From Eledone cirrhosa (Eukaryota), in assembly GCA_964016885.1 (NCBI GenBank), contig OZ024740.1:157976001-158040000 (forward strand): 64,000 nucleotides of DNA. Reading direction: 5' to 3'. This document shows, piece after piece, positions 29,059 through 42,495 of the stretch (within the stretch, counting starts at the first letter, position 1; the number at the start of each line of letters is the position of its first letter). Both the position numbers and the translations under genes were made by a program. The notes beneath the pieces were generated by a model. That model had not been told where the DNA came from. It worked only from the letters and a program-made list of their open reading frames with translations, and did no database searches.

Positions 29059-32000
29059 TGGTGGTGGTGGTGGTGGTGGTGGTGGTGGTGGTGGTGGATT
29101 GGTGGTGGTGGTGAGATGTTATTGGTGGTGGTGGTGGTGGTGGTGGTGGTGGTGGTGGTGGTGGTGGTGGTGGTGGTGGTGGATTGGTGGTGGTGGTGGT
29201 GAGATGTTATTGGTGGTGGTGGTGGTGGTGGTGGTGGTGGATTGGTGGTGGTGGTGGTGAGATGTTATTGGTGGTGGTGGTGGTGGTGAGATGTTATTGG
29301 TGGTGGTGGTAGTGATTGGTGGTGGTGGAGGTGGTGGTGGTGGTGGTGGTGGATTGTTGGTGGTGAGATGTTATTGGTGGTGGTGGTGGTGGTAGTGGAT
29401 TGGTGGTGGTGAGATGTTATTGGTGGTGGTGATGGTGTTGGTGGTAGTGGATTGGTGGTGGTGGTGGTGGTGGTATCGGTAGTATCGGTGGTAGTGGTGG
29501 ATTGGTGGTAGTGGTAGAGGTGTTGGTGGTGGTGGTAGTGGTGGAGTTTGTGGTGGTGTTGGTGGTGGTAGTGGTAGTAGTGGCGGTGGTGGTGGTAGTG
29601 GCGTTGGTGGTAGTAGTGGTGGTGGTGGAGGTGGTGTTGGTAATATTAATAGCCGTATTGATGGTGGGGAGGGGGATGATGCAAGGGGAAGTGGTGGACT
29701 GGAGAGATGTGTGGTGGTTGTCGTGATAGAGGGGGCGTTACTCCTAGTAATAACTGTGATGGTACTAACGTTGGTTCCGGCAGTGGTGGTGGTGGCGGTA
29801 GTGGTGGTAGTGGTGGTGGTGGCGGTGGTGGTGGTAGTGGTGGTAGTGGTAGTGGTGATGTTGACAATGGTAGTGGTGGTGGCGCTAGTGGGTGTGTTGG
29901 TGGTGGTGGTGATGTTGACAATGGTGGTGGTGGTGGTAGTGGTGGCGCTAGTGGTGGTGTTGGTGGCGGTGGTAGTGGTGGTGGTGATGTTGACAATGGT
30001 AGTGGTGGTGGTGGGGGTAGTGGTGGCGGTAGTGGTGGTGTTGGTGGTGGTAGTGGTGGTGGTGGTAGCGGTGGCGGTAGTGGTGGTGTTGGTGGTGGTG
30101 GTAGTGGTGGTGGTGATGTTGACAATGGTAGTGGTGGTGGTGGTGGTGGTGGTGGTAGTGGTGGTAGTGGTGTTGGTGATGTTGGAAATGGTAGTGGTGG
30201 TGGTGGTGGTAGTGGTGGTGTAATGGTGGTGTTGGTGGTGTTAGTGGTGGTGGTAGTGGTGGTAGTGGTGTTGGTGGTAGTGGTGTTGGTAGCGGTAGTG
30301 GTGGCGGTAGTGGTGGTGGTAGTGGTGGTAGTGGTGTTGGTGATGTTGACAATGGTAGTGGTGGTGGTGGTGGTGGTGGTAGTGGTGGTAGTGGTGGTGT
30401 GTCTGCTAACTTTCATGATGGCATAGTTACTAACAACTATGGTGGTGGTCATGGTAGTAGTGGTGCTGGTTGAGGTGGTAGTGGTCGTGGTGGTAGTGGT
30501 GGTAGTGGTAGCTGTGGTCGTGATAGTGCTGGTGGTAGTGGTGGTGGTGGAAGCGGTGGTGTTGTTGTTGGTGGTGGTGGTAGTGGTGGTAGTGGTGGTA
30601 GTGGTGGTAGTGGTAGTTGTGGTCGTGGTAGTGGTGGTGGTAGTGGTGGTGGTGGAAGCGGTGGTGTTGTTGGTGGTGGTGGTGGTAGTGGTGGTAGTGG
30701 TGGTAGTGGTGGTAGTGGTAGTTGTGGTCGTGGTAGTGGTGGTGGTAGTGGTGGTGGTGGAAGCGGTGGTGTTGTTGGTGGTGGTGGTGGTAGTGGTGGT
30801 AGTAGTGGTGGTGTTGGTGGTGTTGGTGTTGGTAGTGTTGGTGTTGGTGGTGTTGGTGGTGTTGGTGTTGGTGTTGGTGGTGTTGGTGGTGTTGGTGTTG
30901 GTGGTGTTGGTGGTGTTGGTGTTGGTGTTGCTGGTGTTGGTGGTGTTGGTGTTGGTGGTGTTGGTGTTGGTGTTGGTGGTGTTGGTGGTGTTGGTGGTGT
31001 TGGTGTTGGTGGTGTTGGTGTTGGTGTTGGTGGTGTTGGTGGTGTTGGTGTTGGTGGTGTTGGTGGTGTTGGTGTTGGTGTTGGTGGTGTTGGTGGTGTT
31101 GGTGGTGTTGGTGTTGGTGTTGCTGGTGTTGGTGTTGGTGTTTGTGGTGTTGGTGTTGGTGGTGTTGGTGTTGGTGGTGTTGGTGTTGGTGGTGTTGGTG
31201 TTGTTGGTGTTGGTGTTGGTGGTGTTGGTGGTGTTGGTGGTGGTGGTGTTGGTGTTGGTGTTGGTGGTGTTGGTGTTGGTGGTGTTGGTGTTGGTGGTGT
31301 TGGTGGTGTTGGTGTTGGTGGTGTTGGTGTTGGTGGTGTTGGTGGTGGTGGTGTTGGTGTTGGTGTTGGTGGTGTTGGTGTTGGTGGTGTTGGTGTTGGT
31401 GGTGTTGTTGTTGGTGGTGTTGGTGGTGTTGGTGTTGGTGGTGTTGTTGTTGGTGGTGTTGGTGGTGTTGGTGTTGGTGTTGTTGGTGGTGTTGGTGGTG
31501 TTGGTGGTGTTGGTGTTGGTGGTGTTGTTGTTGGTGGTGTTGGTGGTGTTGGTGGTGTTGGTGTTGGTGTTGTTGGTGGTGTTGGTGGTGTTGGTGGTGT
31601 TGGTGTTGGTGGTGTTGTTGTTGGTGGTGTTGGTGGTGTTGGTGGTGTTGGTGGTGTTGGTGGTGTTGTTGTTGGTGGTGTTGGTGGTGTTGGTGTTGGT
31701 GGTGTTGTTGTTGGTGGTGTTGTTGTTGGTGGTGTTGGTGGTGTTGTTGTTGGTGGTGTTGGTGGTATAACGTTAGGGGGCTGTTTGATATTTGGGGTGG
31801 TAATGCTGGTGACAACACTGGTAGTCTTGGTGACAAAACAGGCAAATGTCAACATTAGCTGACGATGGAGGTGGTAGTGGGGCGGTGATGGCGTAGATCA
31901 TGACCATGACGACGACGATGGTGACAACGATAATGATGATGATGAGGATGGTGAGGATGAAGGTGGTGGTGGTGATTATGATGATGCTAGTGGTGATGAT

Positions 32001-33184
32001 GATGATGATGATGAGGATGACAATGACATGATGACGATGGTGATGATGATGACGATGGTGGTGGTGGTGATGATGATGAGGATGTTGGTGATGATGAAGG
32101 CGATGGTGGTGATGATGATGACGATGACATGATGATGATGATGATGGTAATGATGATGACGATGCTGAGGGGCATGAGACAGAGAAAAGAGGAGGAGGGT
32201 AGGCGCAAGGTGGCTTTGATGAAAGCAGTTTCTGAACGATGGTTGTGGTGGTGCTGGTGGTGGTGGTGGTGTGGTGGTGGTGGTGGTGGTGGTGGTGATG
32301 GTGATGATGGTGGTAGTGGTGGTGGTGTGGTGGTGGTGATGATGGTGGTAGTGGTGGTGGTGTGGTGGTGGTGATGATGGTGGTAGTGGTGGTGGTGTAG
32401 TGGTGGTAGTGTGGTGGTGGTGATAGTTGTAGTGGTGGTGGTGGTGGTGGTGTGCTGGTGGTGATGATGGTGGTAGTGGTGGTGGTGATGGTTGTGGTTG
32501 TGGTGGTGGTGGTACTGGTAGTGGTGGTCGTGGTGTTGGTGATGGTTGTGGTGGTGGTTGTGGTGGTGGTTGTGGTGGTGGTGGTGGTGGTAGTGGTGGT
32601 GGTTGTGGTGCTGGTGGTGGTGATGTGGTGGTGGTGGTGGTGGTGGTGTAGGTGATGGTGGTGGTGGTGTTAGTGGTGGTACTGGTGGTGGTGATGGTTG
32701 TGGTGGTGGTGGTGATGGTTTGTGGTGGTACTGGTGGTGGTGATGGTTGTGGTTGTAGTGGTGGTGGTACTGGTAGTGGTGGTCGTGGTGTTGGTGATGG
32801 TTGTGGTGGTGGTACTGGTGGTGGTGGTGGTGGTGGTGGTGGTACTGGTGGTGGTGGTGGTGGTGGTGGAGGTGATGTCGTGGTGATGTGGTGGAGGTGG
32901 TGGTGGTGTAGGTGATGGTGGTGGTGGTAGTGGTGGTACTGGTGGTACTGGTGGTGGTGATGGTGGTGGTGGTGGTTTGTGGTAGTGGTGGTGGTGATGG
33001 TTGTGGTGGTGGTGGTTGTGGTACTGATGGTGGTGGTCGTGGTGGTGGTGATGGTTGTGGTGGTGGTACTGGTGGTGGTGGTGGTGGAGGTGATGGTTGC
33101 GGTGGTGGTGGTAGTGGTAGCGGTGGTGGTGGTGGTGGTGGTGGTGACTATGATGACGACAATAACAATGTTGTTGTTGTTATT

Positions 33185-33215
<31 letters not shown>

Positions 33216-33256
33216 TTATTATTATTAGTAGTAGTAGCAGCAGCAGCGGCAGCAGC

Positions 33257-33288
<32 letters not shown>

Positions 33289-36035
33289 CGACGGTGGCGG
33301 TGGTAGTAGTGTTGTTAGGAGGGGTGTAGTTCTTGTTGGTGGTGGTGGTAGTGGTGACTGTGGCAGTAACTATGGTGATTGTGGTGGTGAGGATACAGTT
33401 AGTAGAGGTGGCGGGGGCGGGGTGGGGGTGGGGGGCTAGCTAATGAGTACGGTTGTGATGATAGTGGTGGGGAGATTTGGTAATTGGTGAAGATAGTAAA
33501 GATGAGAGGAAGCTTTTAACAATCGTCAATGATGGTGATGATGATGGTGGTGGTGGTGATGATGATGGTGGTTGGTGGTGGTGGTGGTGATGATGATGAT
33601 GATGGTGTTGATCATGGTGGTGATGATGATGATGATGATGGTGGTGTTGATGGTGATGATTATGATGATGATCATCATCATCATGGTGATGGTCATGATG
33701 GTGATGGTGATGATGATGATGATCATCATCAAGGTGATGGTGATGGTGATGGTGGTTATGGTTATGTTGATGGTGGTGATGATGACGATGCTGATGATAA
33801 TGGCAATTATGATGATTACGCTGGTGTTAATGAAGTTAATGAGTAAGTGGATGGTGATGAGGAAGATGCTGGTGATTGGGATAATCACTAGCACAGTAAT
33901 GATGACAATGATGATGATGATTAGAGTGATAATGATGAGGACGATGGTGAGATGATGATGATGGTGATGATTAGAGTGATAATGTAGAGGACGATGGTGA
34001 GATGACGATGATGATGATGATGATGATTAGAGTGATAATGCTGATGACGATGGTGAGATGATGATGATGGTGATGATGTTGAAGGTGGTGGGGGTAGTGA
34101 TAATGATGATGATGGTGAGGATGGCGGTGTGGTAGTGATAATGATGACGGTGGTGGTAGTGGTGGTGGTGGTGGGGGGGTGATAATGATGATGATGATGA
34201 TGATGATGATGATGGTGGTGGTGATGGTGATGAGGAGGTAGAGAAGTAGGATGAGGAAGGGGAGGAGCGTTATGGACATCATCATGAAGGTCATCACTAA
34301 TACAATCAATATCAACATTGTCATCATCTTCCTCCTCACACCCCCACCCCCTCCTCCGCCTCCTCCTCCGTCTCCTCCTCATCATCGTCGTTGTCGTCTT
34401 CGTCACCGCAGTTGTTGTCATCATCATCGTCACCACCACCACAACCACCACCACCACCACCACCACCACCACCACCACCACCACCACCACTACCACCACC
34501 ACCACCACAATCACCACCATCACCACCACCATCACCATCACCACCACCATCACCACCATCACCACCACCATCACCACCACCACCACCATCATCACCATCA
34601 CCACCACCACCATACCATCACCATCACCACCACCACCACCACCACCACCACTACCACTACCACTACCACCACCACCATCACCATCACCACCACCACCACC
34701 ACCACCACCACCACTACCACTACCACCACCACCACCATCACCACCACCACCACCATCACCATCACCACCACTACCACCACCACTACCACTACCACTACCA
34801 CCACCACCATCACCATCACCACCACCACCACCACCACCACCACTACCACTACCACCACCACCATCACCATCACCACCACCACCACCATCACCACCACTAC
34901 CACTACCACCACCACTACCACTACCACCACCACCACCATCACCACCACGACGACCACCACCACCACCACCACCATCACCACCATCACCATCACACACCAC
35001 CACCATCACCACCACCATCACCATCACCACCACCATCACCACCATCACCATCACCACCACCACCACCACCACCAACACCACCACCATCACCACCATCACC
35101 ATCACACACCACCACCATCACCACCACCACCACCATCACCATCACCACCACCATCACCACCACCACCATCACCACCACCATCACCATCACCACGATCACC
35201 ACCATCACCATCACCCCCACCATAAACACCACCATCACCATCACCACCACCACCACCATCACCACTACCACTACCACCATCGCCACCACCACCACCATCC
35301 CAACCACCAACACCACTACTACTATCACCACCACCACCATCACCACCACCACCACCATCACCATCCCAACCACCACCACCACCACCACCATCACCACCAC
35401 CACCACTACCACCATCACCACCACCACCACCACCACCACCATCACCACCACTACCACCACCACCACCACCATCACCACCACCATCCCAAACACCACCACC
35501 ACCACCATCACCACCACCACCACCACCATCATCACCACCACCACCACCATCCCAAACACCACCAACACCACCAACACCACCACCACCACCACCACTACCA
35601 TCACCACCACCATCACCACCATCACCATCCCAACCACCACCACCACTACCACCATCATCATCACCACCACCACCACCATCCCAACCACCACCACTACCAC
35701 CATCACCAGCACCACCACCACCACCACCACCAGCGTCATCATCATCATCACCACCACCACCACCACCGCCACCACCACAACCACCACCATCACCGCGAAC
35801 ACCACCACCATCCCAACTACCATCACCACCACCACAACCACCACCATCACCGCGAACACCACCACCACTAACACCACCACCCCAACCACCATCACCACCA
35901 CCACAACCACCACCATCACCGCGAACACCACCACCACTAACACCACCACCCCAACCACCATCACCACCACCACAACCACCACCATCACCGCGAACACCAC
36001 CACCACTAACACCACCACCACCACCATCCCAACCA
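29059..36035. repeat. ~7-kb compound trinucleotide-based low-complexity tract: (GGT/GAT/GTT)-rich to ~34270, then (ACC/ATC)-rich
   Basis: Sub-arrays include GGT..GAGATGTTATT, GGTGATGTTGACAATGGT, ~105-bp units at ~30450-30800, (TTGGTG)n at 30810-31765 and 60-bp units at ~35780-36030. Confidence 0.95.
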
Positions 36036-36131
36036 CTGTCGTTGTCATTCTGTGTGTTATACATATAGCATAGACAGGATTATTGGACAATTTTGGCGAC
36101 ACCAATAACTCGTGAAACAAATTCACACACA

Positions 36132-36183
<52 letters not shown>

Positions 36184-36339
36184 CGCCACACACTCGCTCA
36201 CACATAAATATATATATAGTTAAAGATATAGTCACCATGATGCAGATAACTATATTAATCGTTGATAACTTTTCCATATTCACGGATATTTACCTGATTC
36301 ATTCAACTATTACTTATAGTTGTCAAGTATTATTATAGT

Positions 36340-36730
36340 TCGGTGGATTGGCAGTATCGGTACAGGGTTGGACACCATGCTTTGACGCATAGAGTTACGG
36401 CCCTTGCCATTCTGACTTCAAGTCCCGCCGAGGTCAACTTTGCTTTCATCCTTATGGGGTTGATAAAATAAAGTACCAGTAATGTACTGGGTAATTGCTG
36501 GCCTTGTGCCAAAAGTAGAAACAATTATTATAGTTCCAGGGCGGTGGATTGGCAGTATCGGTAGAGGGTCGGACACCATGCTTTGACGCATAGAGTTACG
36601 GCCCTTGCCATTCTGAGACCAAATCCCCCGAGGTTAACTTTGCCTTTCATCCTTACGGGGTCGATAAAATAAAGTACCAGTAATGAACTGGGTATTTGCT
36701 GACCTTGTGCCAAAAGTAGAAACAATTATT
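36340..36730 (+). mobile_element. Tandem pair of full-length tRNA-SINEs
   Basis: Two ~195-bp head-to-tail copies. Confidence 0.88.
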
Positions 36731-36744
36731 ATAGTTGTTACCGG

Positions 36745-36915
36745 CATTGTGGGTACATACCTGCATGTGCCTCTTCTTTTGGTCATCGTTCAGCAGCTTC
36801 GGCACCACCTTCGCGCAGATGTTCCGCATGCCCACACACCACCTGCCTCACGCGCTCAACGTTAGCCTCAGTCCTGCTCATTGAAGACCTTACACTTCCT
36901 AGCGTCCGTCTTTCA
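36745..36915 (-). pseudogene. mariner transposase fragment
   Basis: SRTEANVERVRQVV and GMRNICAKVVPKLLNDDQKKRHMQVC (WVPHEL-like linker). Confidence 0.75.
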
Positions 36916-37214
36916 GAAACAATGATTGTTCTGAGGAAGGCGGTGTAATGGATCAGGGATTTCGAGACTAGAAATAGGTAGTGACATAACCACCATTTGA
37001 TAGTCAATATATGATTTACCATGATTAATCAACCCTCTGAAACGATCGTAAAATAATAAATTAATTAAGAACCTGTCTTCAACTTTTGTTTTTTTAGGAG
37101 AGCCTACTACAAATACTATAACTTACACCGTATAATATCGTTTAAACCATCTCATCATGGCTGCATTTAGTTTTAGCAACGTTATCGACCCTATCATATA
37201 CAGGTTGATACCAG

Positions 37215-37334
<120 letters not shown>

Positions 37335-37860
37335 AAGATATATATTAGTCTCACGTTTAATATAGTAGGAAGTCTTAACGTTTCGGACTTTAGTCCTTCA
37401 TCAGAAATTAGAACGGGAAATTAAAGGAGAAATAAAAATAAAGAGGAGAGCGAGTAGAGACAGAGAGGAAAAGCAATTCTTTTAGCCATCTTTTAAACAA
37501 CTACTGATAGGAATGTTTATGGTGTCGGATGTGCAGTTGCCCGTCTTTTGAAAGATAGTGATCATAAGCGTCTATATCGTACTAAAAAGGAGTGGATATA
37601 TATATGCGTAAGTATGTAAGTGCGAGTGTGTGTGTGTGTTTCTGACCATAACAAAGCCGTAGGAAACTAGAGGGGAGAATGTGCGTACGCGTGTTACAAG
37701 GGTAGGAAGTAAGGAGGAGAGAGGCTAGGTGTATACTGACGCTACTCATACGTCTATCTGTTCTCTCCTTATCGGAACTTTCCTGAAAAAGTACTTCTGT
37801 CTGCAACGTTGAAACATCCCCCACTTCCTCCAACCGTAAACCTAATACAACTGTAATTTT
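37335..37860 (-). mobile_element. PLE-like 3' terminal fragment with HHR motif (37373-37408)
   Basis: Minus: CTGATGA a GGAC taaa GTCC GAAA CGTTA; stem I weak. Confidence 0.6.
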
Positions 37861-37925
37861 GCCTTCTGTGTTTTATTTTGTTCTTTTATTAACTATGTAT
37901 ACACACACACACACACACACACCCA

Positions 37926-37980
<55 letters not shown>

Positions 37981-37983
37981 CTA

Positions 37984-38474
37984 TTAGTATTGGTGCTCTG
38001 AAATAGCGATGTATACATGGCACTTACTTATATTTTCGGCAGCTGTTTCTCGCTGCTTAGCGTTTATCAAAGCCACGCACTCACCTGCCTTTGCCGAAAA
38101 TTATAGGAGCTGGATTCTTATAGAATTCCAGTAATAATCAGGAGCTGATTACACAGAGCGATTGCCGGTCCACCAAACATTAGGTATTAGTATTGGTGCT
38201 CTGAAATAGCGATGTATACATGAATGTATGTATAGTATATTTCGCAATATACCGTATGTTTAATTTAAAAGATTTAGAAAACCATTCGCTAACAGTTTTA
38301 AAGTGGCTTTGATAAACGCTAAGCAGCGAGAAACACCTGCTAGCCATTCTCCCAGCGTTTGCCGAAAATATAAGTAAGTGACATAGTCACTACTTTAAAA
38401 CTAATAGCGAATGGTCTTCTAATTGGTTTTAATTAAACATACGGTATATTGTCAAATATACTATACATACATTC

Positions 38475-38478
<4 letters not shown>
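37984..38478. mobile_element. Rearranged fold-back element with U3-A8 HHR-like motifs
   Basis: 38220-38303 inverted at 38392-38476; 38020-38076 inverted at 38303-38380; TGGCT TTGATAA aCGC taagca GCGa GAAA CA(G/C)CTGCT AGCCA. Confidence 0.65.
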
Positions 38479-38520
<42 letters not shown>

Positions 38521-38524
38521 ATGT

Positions 38525-38740
38525 AATGATTTCTAGTATAGATGTAATGATTTGCGGGGAGGAGAAAGTCGATTAAATCGACCCCAGTACGTTACTGGTA
38601 CTTTATTTTATCGACCACGTAAAGAAGAAAGGCAAAGTTAACCTTGGCGGAATTTGAACTCAGACCGTAAAGGACTGTAACTCTATGGTGCAAAGCATGG
38701 TGTCCGACTCTCTACCGATACTGCCAATCCACCACCCTTA
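38525..38740 (-). mobile_element. tRNA-derived SINE, full length
   Basis: Reverse complement of the SINE consensus. Confidence 0.88.
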
Positions 38741-38858
38741 TATGTATATATATAATAAAAGGACGATTTGTTATGTCTTCATTATATTTATTGAGAACGG
38801 GAAACTACGCATCGAATGCTCACTCGGGTGAACCTACAGTAACTGCACGTTACACTCG

Positions 38859-38966
<108 letters not shown>

Positions 38967-39157
38967 CAGTAAACTAAGAGAGAGTGGAGGAGAAATCAAT
39001 AAGCATAATCAAGCATAAATGCACATAAACATCAAGTGACGCTAAATTATCACCTTGCTTTAATAGGACAAACATCACACCGACTTTAACTGGAGCCACT
39101 TCAAAGAAATAATCTTTTCCCTGCTTGTTAGTTCAACTTCTCATGAAATATAATGTA

Positions 39158-40077
39158 CTAGCAGTGGTATCCGGCGTTGCACGGAATAAGGTATTTTGGA
39201 ACGCGGGCCGCCAACAGATCTAATCATGGAAAAACTGCATGCCTGGACAATATGTAAAGAAAATAAACCGAATACTCTGATGGCTGGATAATCTTTAAGA
39301 TTTTACTCGATGAAGCAGGAAAAATGCAGGTTTTCACCTAATAGGTCATCAAGAAAATGAATTTTTTTTATGTGCATAATATGCCTTGAAATTTCGGGAA
39401 AATCGGCTAGACGTAACGCTTCAAAAAAGCCCTAAAAAGCTGAAAAAATGAATTTTTTCACCTAATGTGGCCCTAGGACATAAAAAAGTTGGATTTCCTT
39501 TGCTCACGAGGAAGAGACTGACTAATACATAGTTACAATTTCAAGAAAATCGGTCTGACGTAACGCCTCTAAAAACCCCTAAAAACCTTAAAAAAACGCA
39601 GTTTTTCACCTAATGTGGGCCCTAGGGGATAAAAAAGTTGAATTCTATGTGCATAACACTCCCTGAAACATAAGTAATACACATGTAAAGTTTGAAAAAA
39701 GTCGGTTGGGTATTTCTCGAGTTTTAGGGATTCAAACTCACAGACACATACACACACATACACACACACACAGACATCCTCAGGGAAGTGACGTAATGCA
39801 GACAGTCAGACACACAGACAGATATTATAAGGGCGCGACGTTATATGTATGTATCTATCTAAAAAGAGAAAGACTAAGAATTATAGAGAGAGATCGCTAA
39901 ATCGCCTTATGCGGTCCCTAGGGCATTGAAAATTTGAAATGTTTTATGTGCATAACATTCCCTGAAACATAAGTATTACATGTGTAAAGGTTGAAAACAG
40001 TCGGTTGGGTGTTTCTTGAGTTTTAGGGATTCAAACACACACACACAGACAGACATCCTCAGTTTTATATATATAGA
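39158..40077 (-). mobile_element. Non-autonomous Helitron
   Basis: On minus: 5' TCTATATATATAAAAC, 3' hairpin TCCG-tgcaacgc-CGGA then CTGCTAG|T; internal duplications. Confidence 0.75.
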
Positions 40078-40282
40078 CTAGCAGAAAACCGCCCACCGCG
40101 TGGTTTTCTGCTAGTATATATATATATTACACACACAGAAATGTATATATATTTCTGTGTGTATATATATATATATTACACACACAGAAATGTATATATA
40201 TTTCTGTGTGTGTATATATATATATATTACACACACACAGAAATGTATATATGTTTCTGTAGCACTCCTCAATTCCCCCCTC

Positions 40283-40505
40283 TCTCCCTCCCGCTATCCC
40301 CCTCTTGTAGTCTGTCTCTTTCTTTCACTCTCACTCTCTCTCTACGCGTGCGCAAAAAACATTCGCACGCGCGCACGTTTTTCGAGCGTCTATTCACTCT
40401 CTCTCTCTCCCTCTCTCCCTCCCGCTATCCCCTCTCGTAGTCTGTCTCTTTCACTCTCACTCTTTCTCTACGCGTGCGCAAAAAACATTCGCACGCGCGC
40501 ACGTG
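40283..40505. repeat. Two ~125-bp direct repeats (likely Helitron-internal)
   Basis: CCCTCCCGCTATCCCC..CTACGCGTGCGCAAAAAACATTCGCACGCGCGCACGT twice. Confidence 0.8.
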
Positions 40506-41769
40506 TTTCCACTGTCGGACAGACAGACAGAGAAATTGCTGGTTATATATTTTAAGGAGATAAGAGAAACAGGGATTGACGCGAGAGACAGTTGTAAATT
40601 AAGAAAATACCGGAGACCTGCAATTTGTGGTGAGTGAAAAGTCGCTTACTTCAAAACTAGTACGTGACTGGTACTTTGTTTAATCGACCTTGGAAGGATG
40701 AATAGAAAAGTTAACCTCGACCGGACTTTAACTTTGCCATTTTGCCGACTTCGTACTTAAGTATTAAATTGATTAAATGACAACTCGAAATATGCCAGTG
40801 TGAATACGTATCGTTCTTAGGTCACGATAGAAATTTTAGATTTTCAATATATGCGATTTTCTGCTTAAGACTGAGAGTCATTAAAAGTCCATTGTATCAG
40901 TATGCCAATGCCAGTTCAAACCTCATTATAGCTGCTACCAGGATTATCTAAATGACGTCATGCTTATCACTTTTGGACATCGATCACTTCGGAAGCTAGT
41001 TCGTATCCCGTCCATGTTTAATAACGCAGAGGTCACCATGCTGTACTAAATAAATTAAGCCAGAAAACCAAACATATTGATGCGGATTCGTATCAGTCGT
41101 ACGTCAAAAATGAGATTTTTCTTTTCATAATTTTGCATATATTGATATATACATTACGACACACCACACACTACACAGACTATCAATCACATACTATATA
41201 AACTACAAAAACCCGCACAGAGAGTGGTCTATCTGCTAGTATATTTAACAAAACTCAATATGTTTACATGAAATAAGTTTTCATGTAAATATTCATGCAA
41301 TTTAATTTGATAATTTTGTACTTTTAAATATCGTACTTTTATGTTTTTATAATTTTATAGTTATAGAATGTCTTTCAACCGTAAATAAATCTGGAAAATG
41401 CATAGTTTAGTTTCATTAGTTGAGGAACGCTTTTTATTTGACCCAGTTCTAAGCGTTATTTTGATATGCTGAGACAGCTATTTTACTCCGAAGTCAAGAG
41501 GTTTTGACGGGAACAAAAACTTATGTATGTATACTATACTATATATATGATTATTATACACAAGCATATTGCATATGAGCCCAAATATTCCTTTATTTGT
41601 CACCATGCTGTGTAAGTGCTGTCGCTAATTAATACATGCCATTAATGATTGTAATTTATGTAAATAATCTATCAACAAAAATAATTTGTTCAAAGCAGAA
41701 CATTTCAGCGGTTTTACACGGAGTTAGCTATCGAGTGATTGCAGCTTGAAAAAAATTACACTGGGAATA

Positions 41770-42197
41770 TACGAGGGTAATCCCAAAAGTAAGGTCTCCA
41801 AAGCGATGGGGACGCAGAGAAACTGCTTGTACGGCTGTTGGAAACATTGTTGTGATTGGTGCTTCCTTCACTCCCAAACAAGCATGCGTGCGCTTCACTG
41901 TAATGCTCAGTCTTGGCTTGGCAGCCATTGAGAATGGAGCTCCCGTTGAACGCTACCGCCAAGTGCGAATTTCACGCAGTTATTATAAACGAGGGCAATC
42001 CAAAAAGTAAAGTCTCCTTCCGAGGAAAACATGCGTAAAGATCAGCGTATCAGTCAGGATGGTCTCTGCATTTTGGTTCCTGAGGTTTCCCGAACCACCA
42101 TCCACAGGATTTTAAAGGAAAAGTTGCAATATCGGAAGTTGCAATATCGGAAGTTGCAATATCGGAAGGAGACCTTACTTTTGGGATTGCCCTCGTA
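41770..42197 (+). mobile_element. mariner-derived MITE, same family as 19140-19483
   Basis: Same TIRs; extra internal TIR at ~41989; (AAGTTGCAATATCGG)x3. Confidence 0.85.
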
Positions 42198-42275
42198 TGT
42201 ATGTTTATCATGCGTAAACATGCTATATGTGCGCCCATATAAAATATGAAACAACACTGTGAATGGTATCACGAA

Positions 42276-42350
<75 letters not shown>

Positions 42351-42389
42351 ACAAACACACACACACAACACACACATATATATATACAT

Positions 42390-42431
<42 letters not shown>

Positions 42432-42440
42432 ATTTATCTA

Positions 42441-42492
<52 letters not shown>

Positions 42493-42495
<3 letters not shown>

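Noticed and set aside
29500-36130. Long ORFs (poly-V, PT-rich, His-rich, Gly-rich; up to 560 aa) resembling mucins or extensins
   Set aside because: Open in several frames on both strands because GGT/ACC triplet repeats lack stops; no unique domain or supported gene structure.
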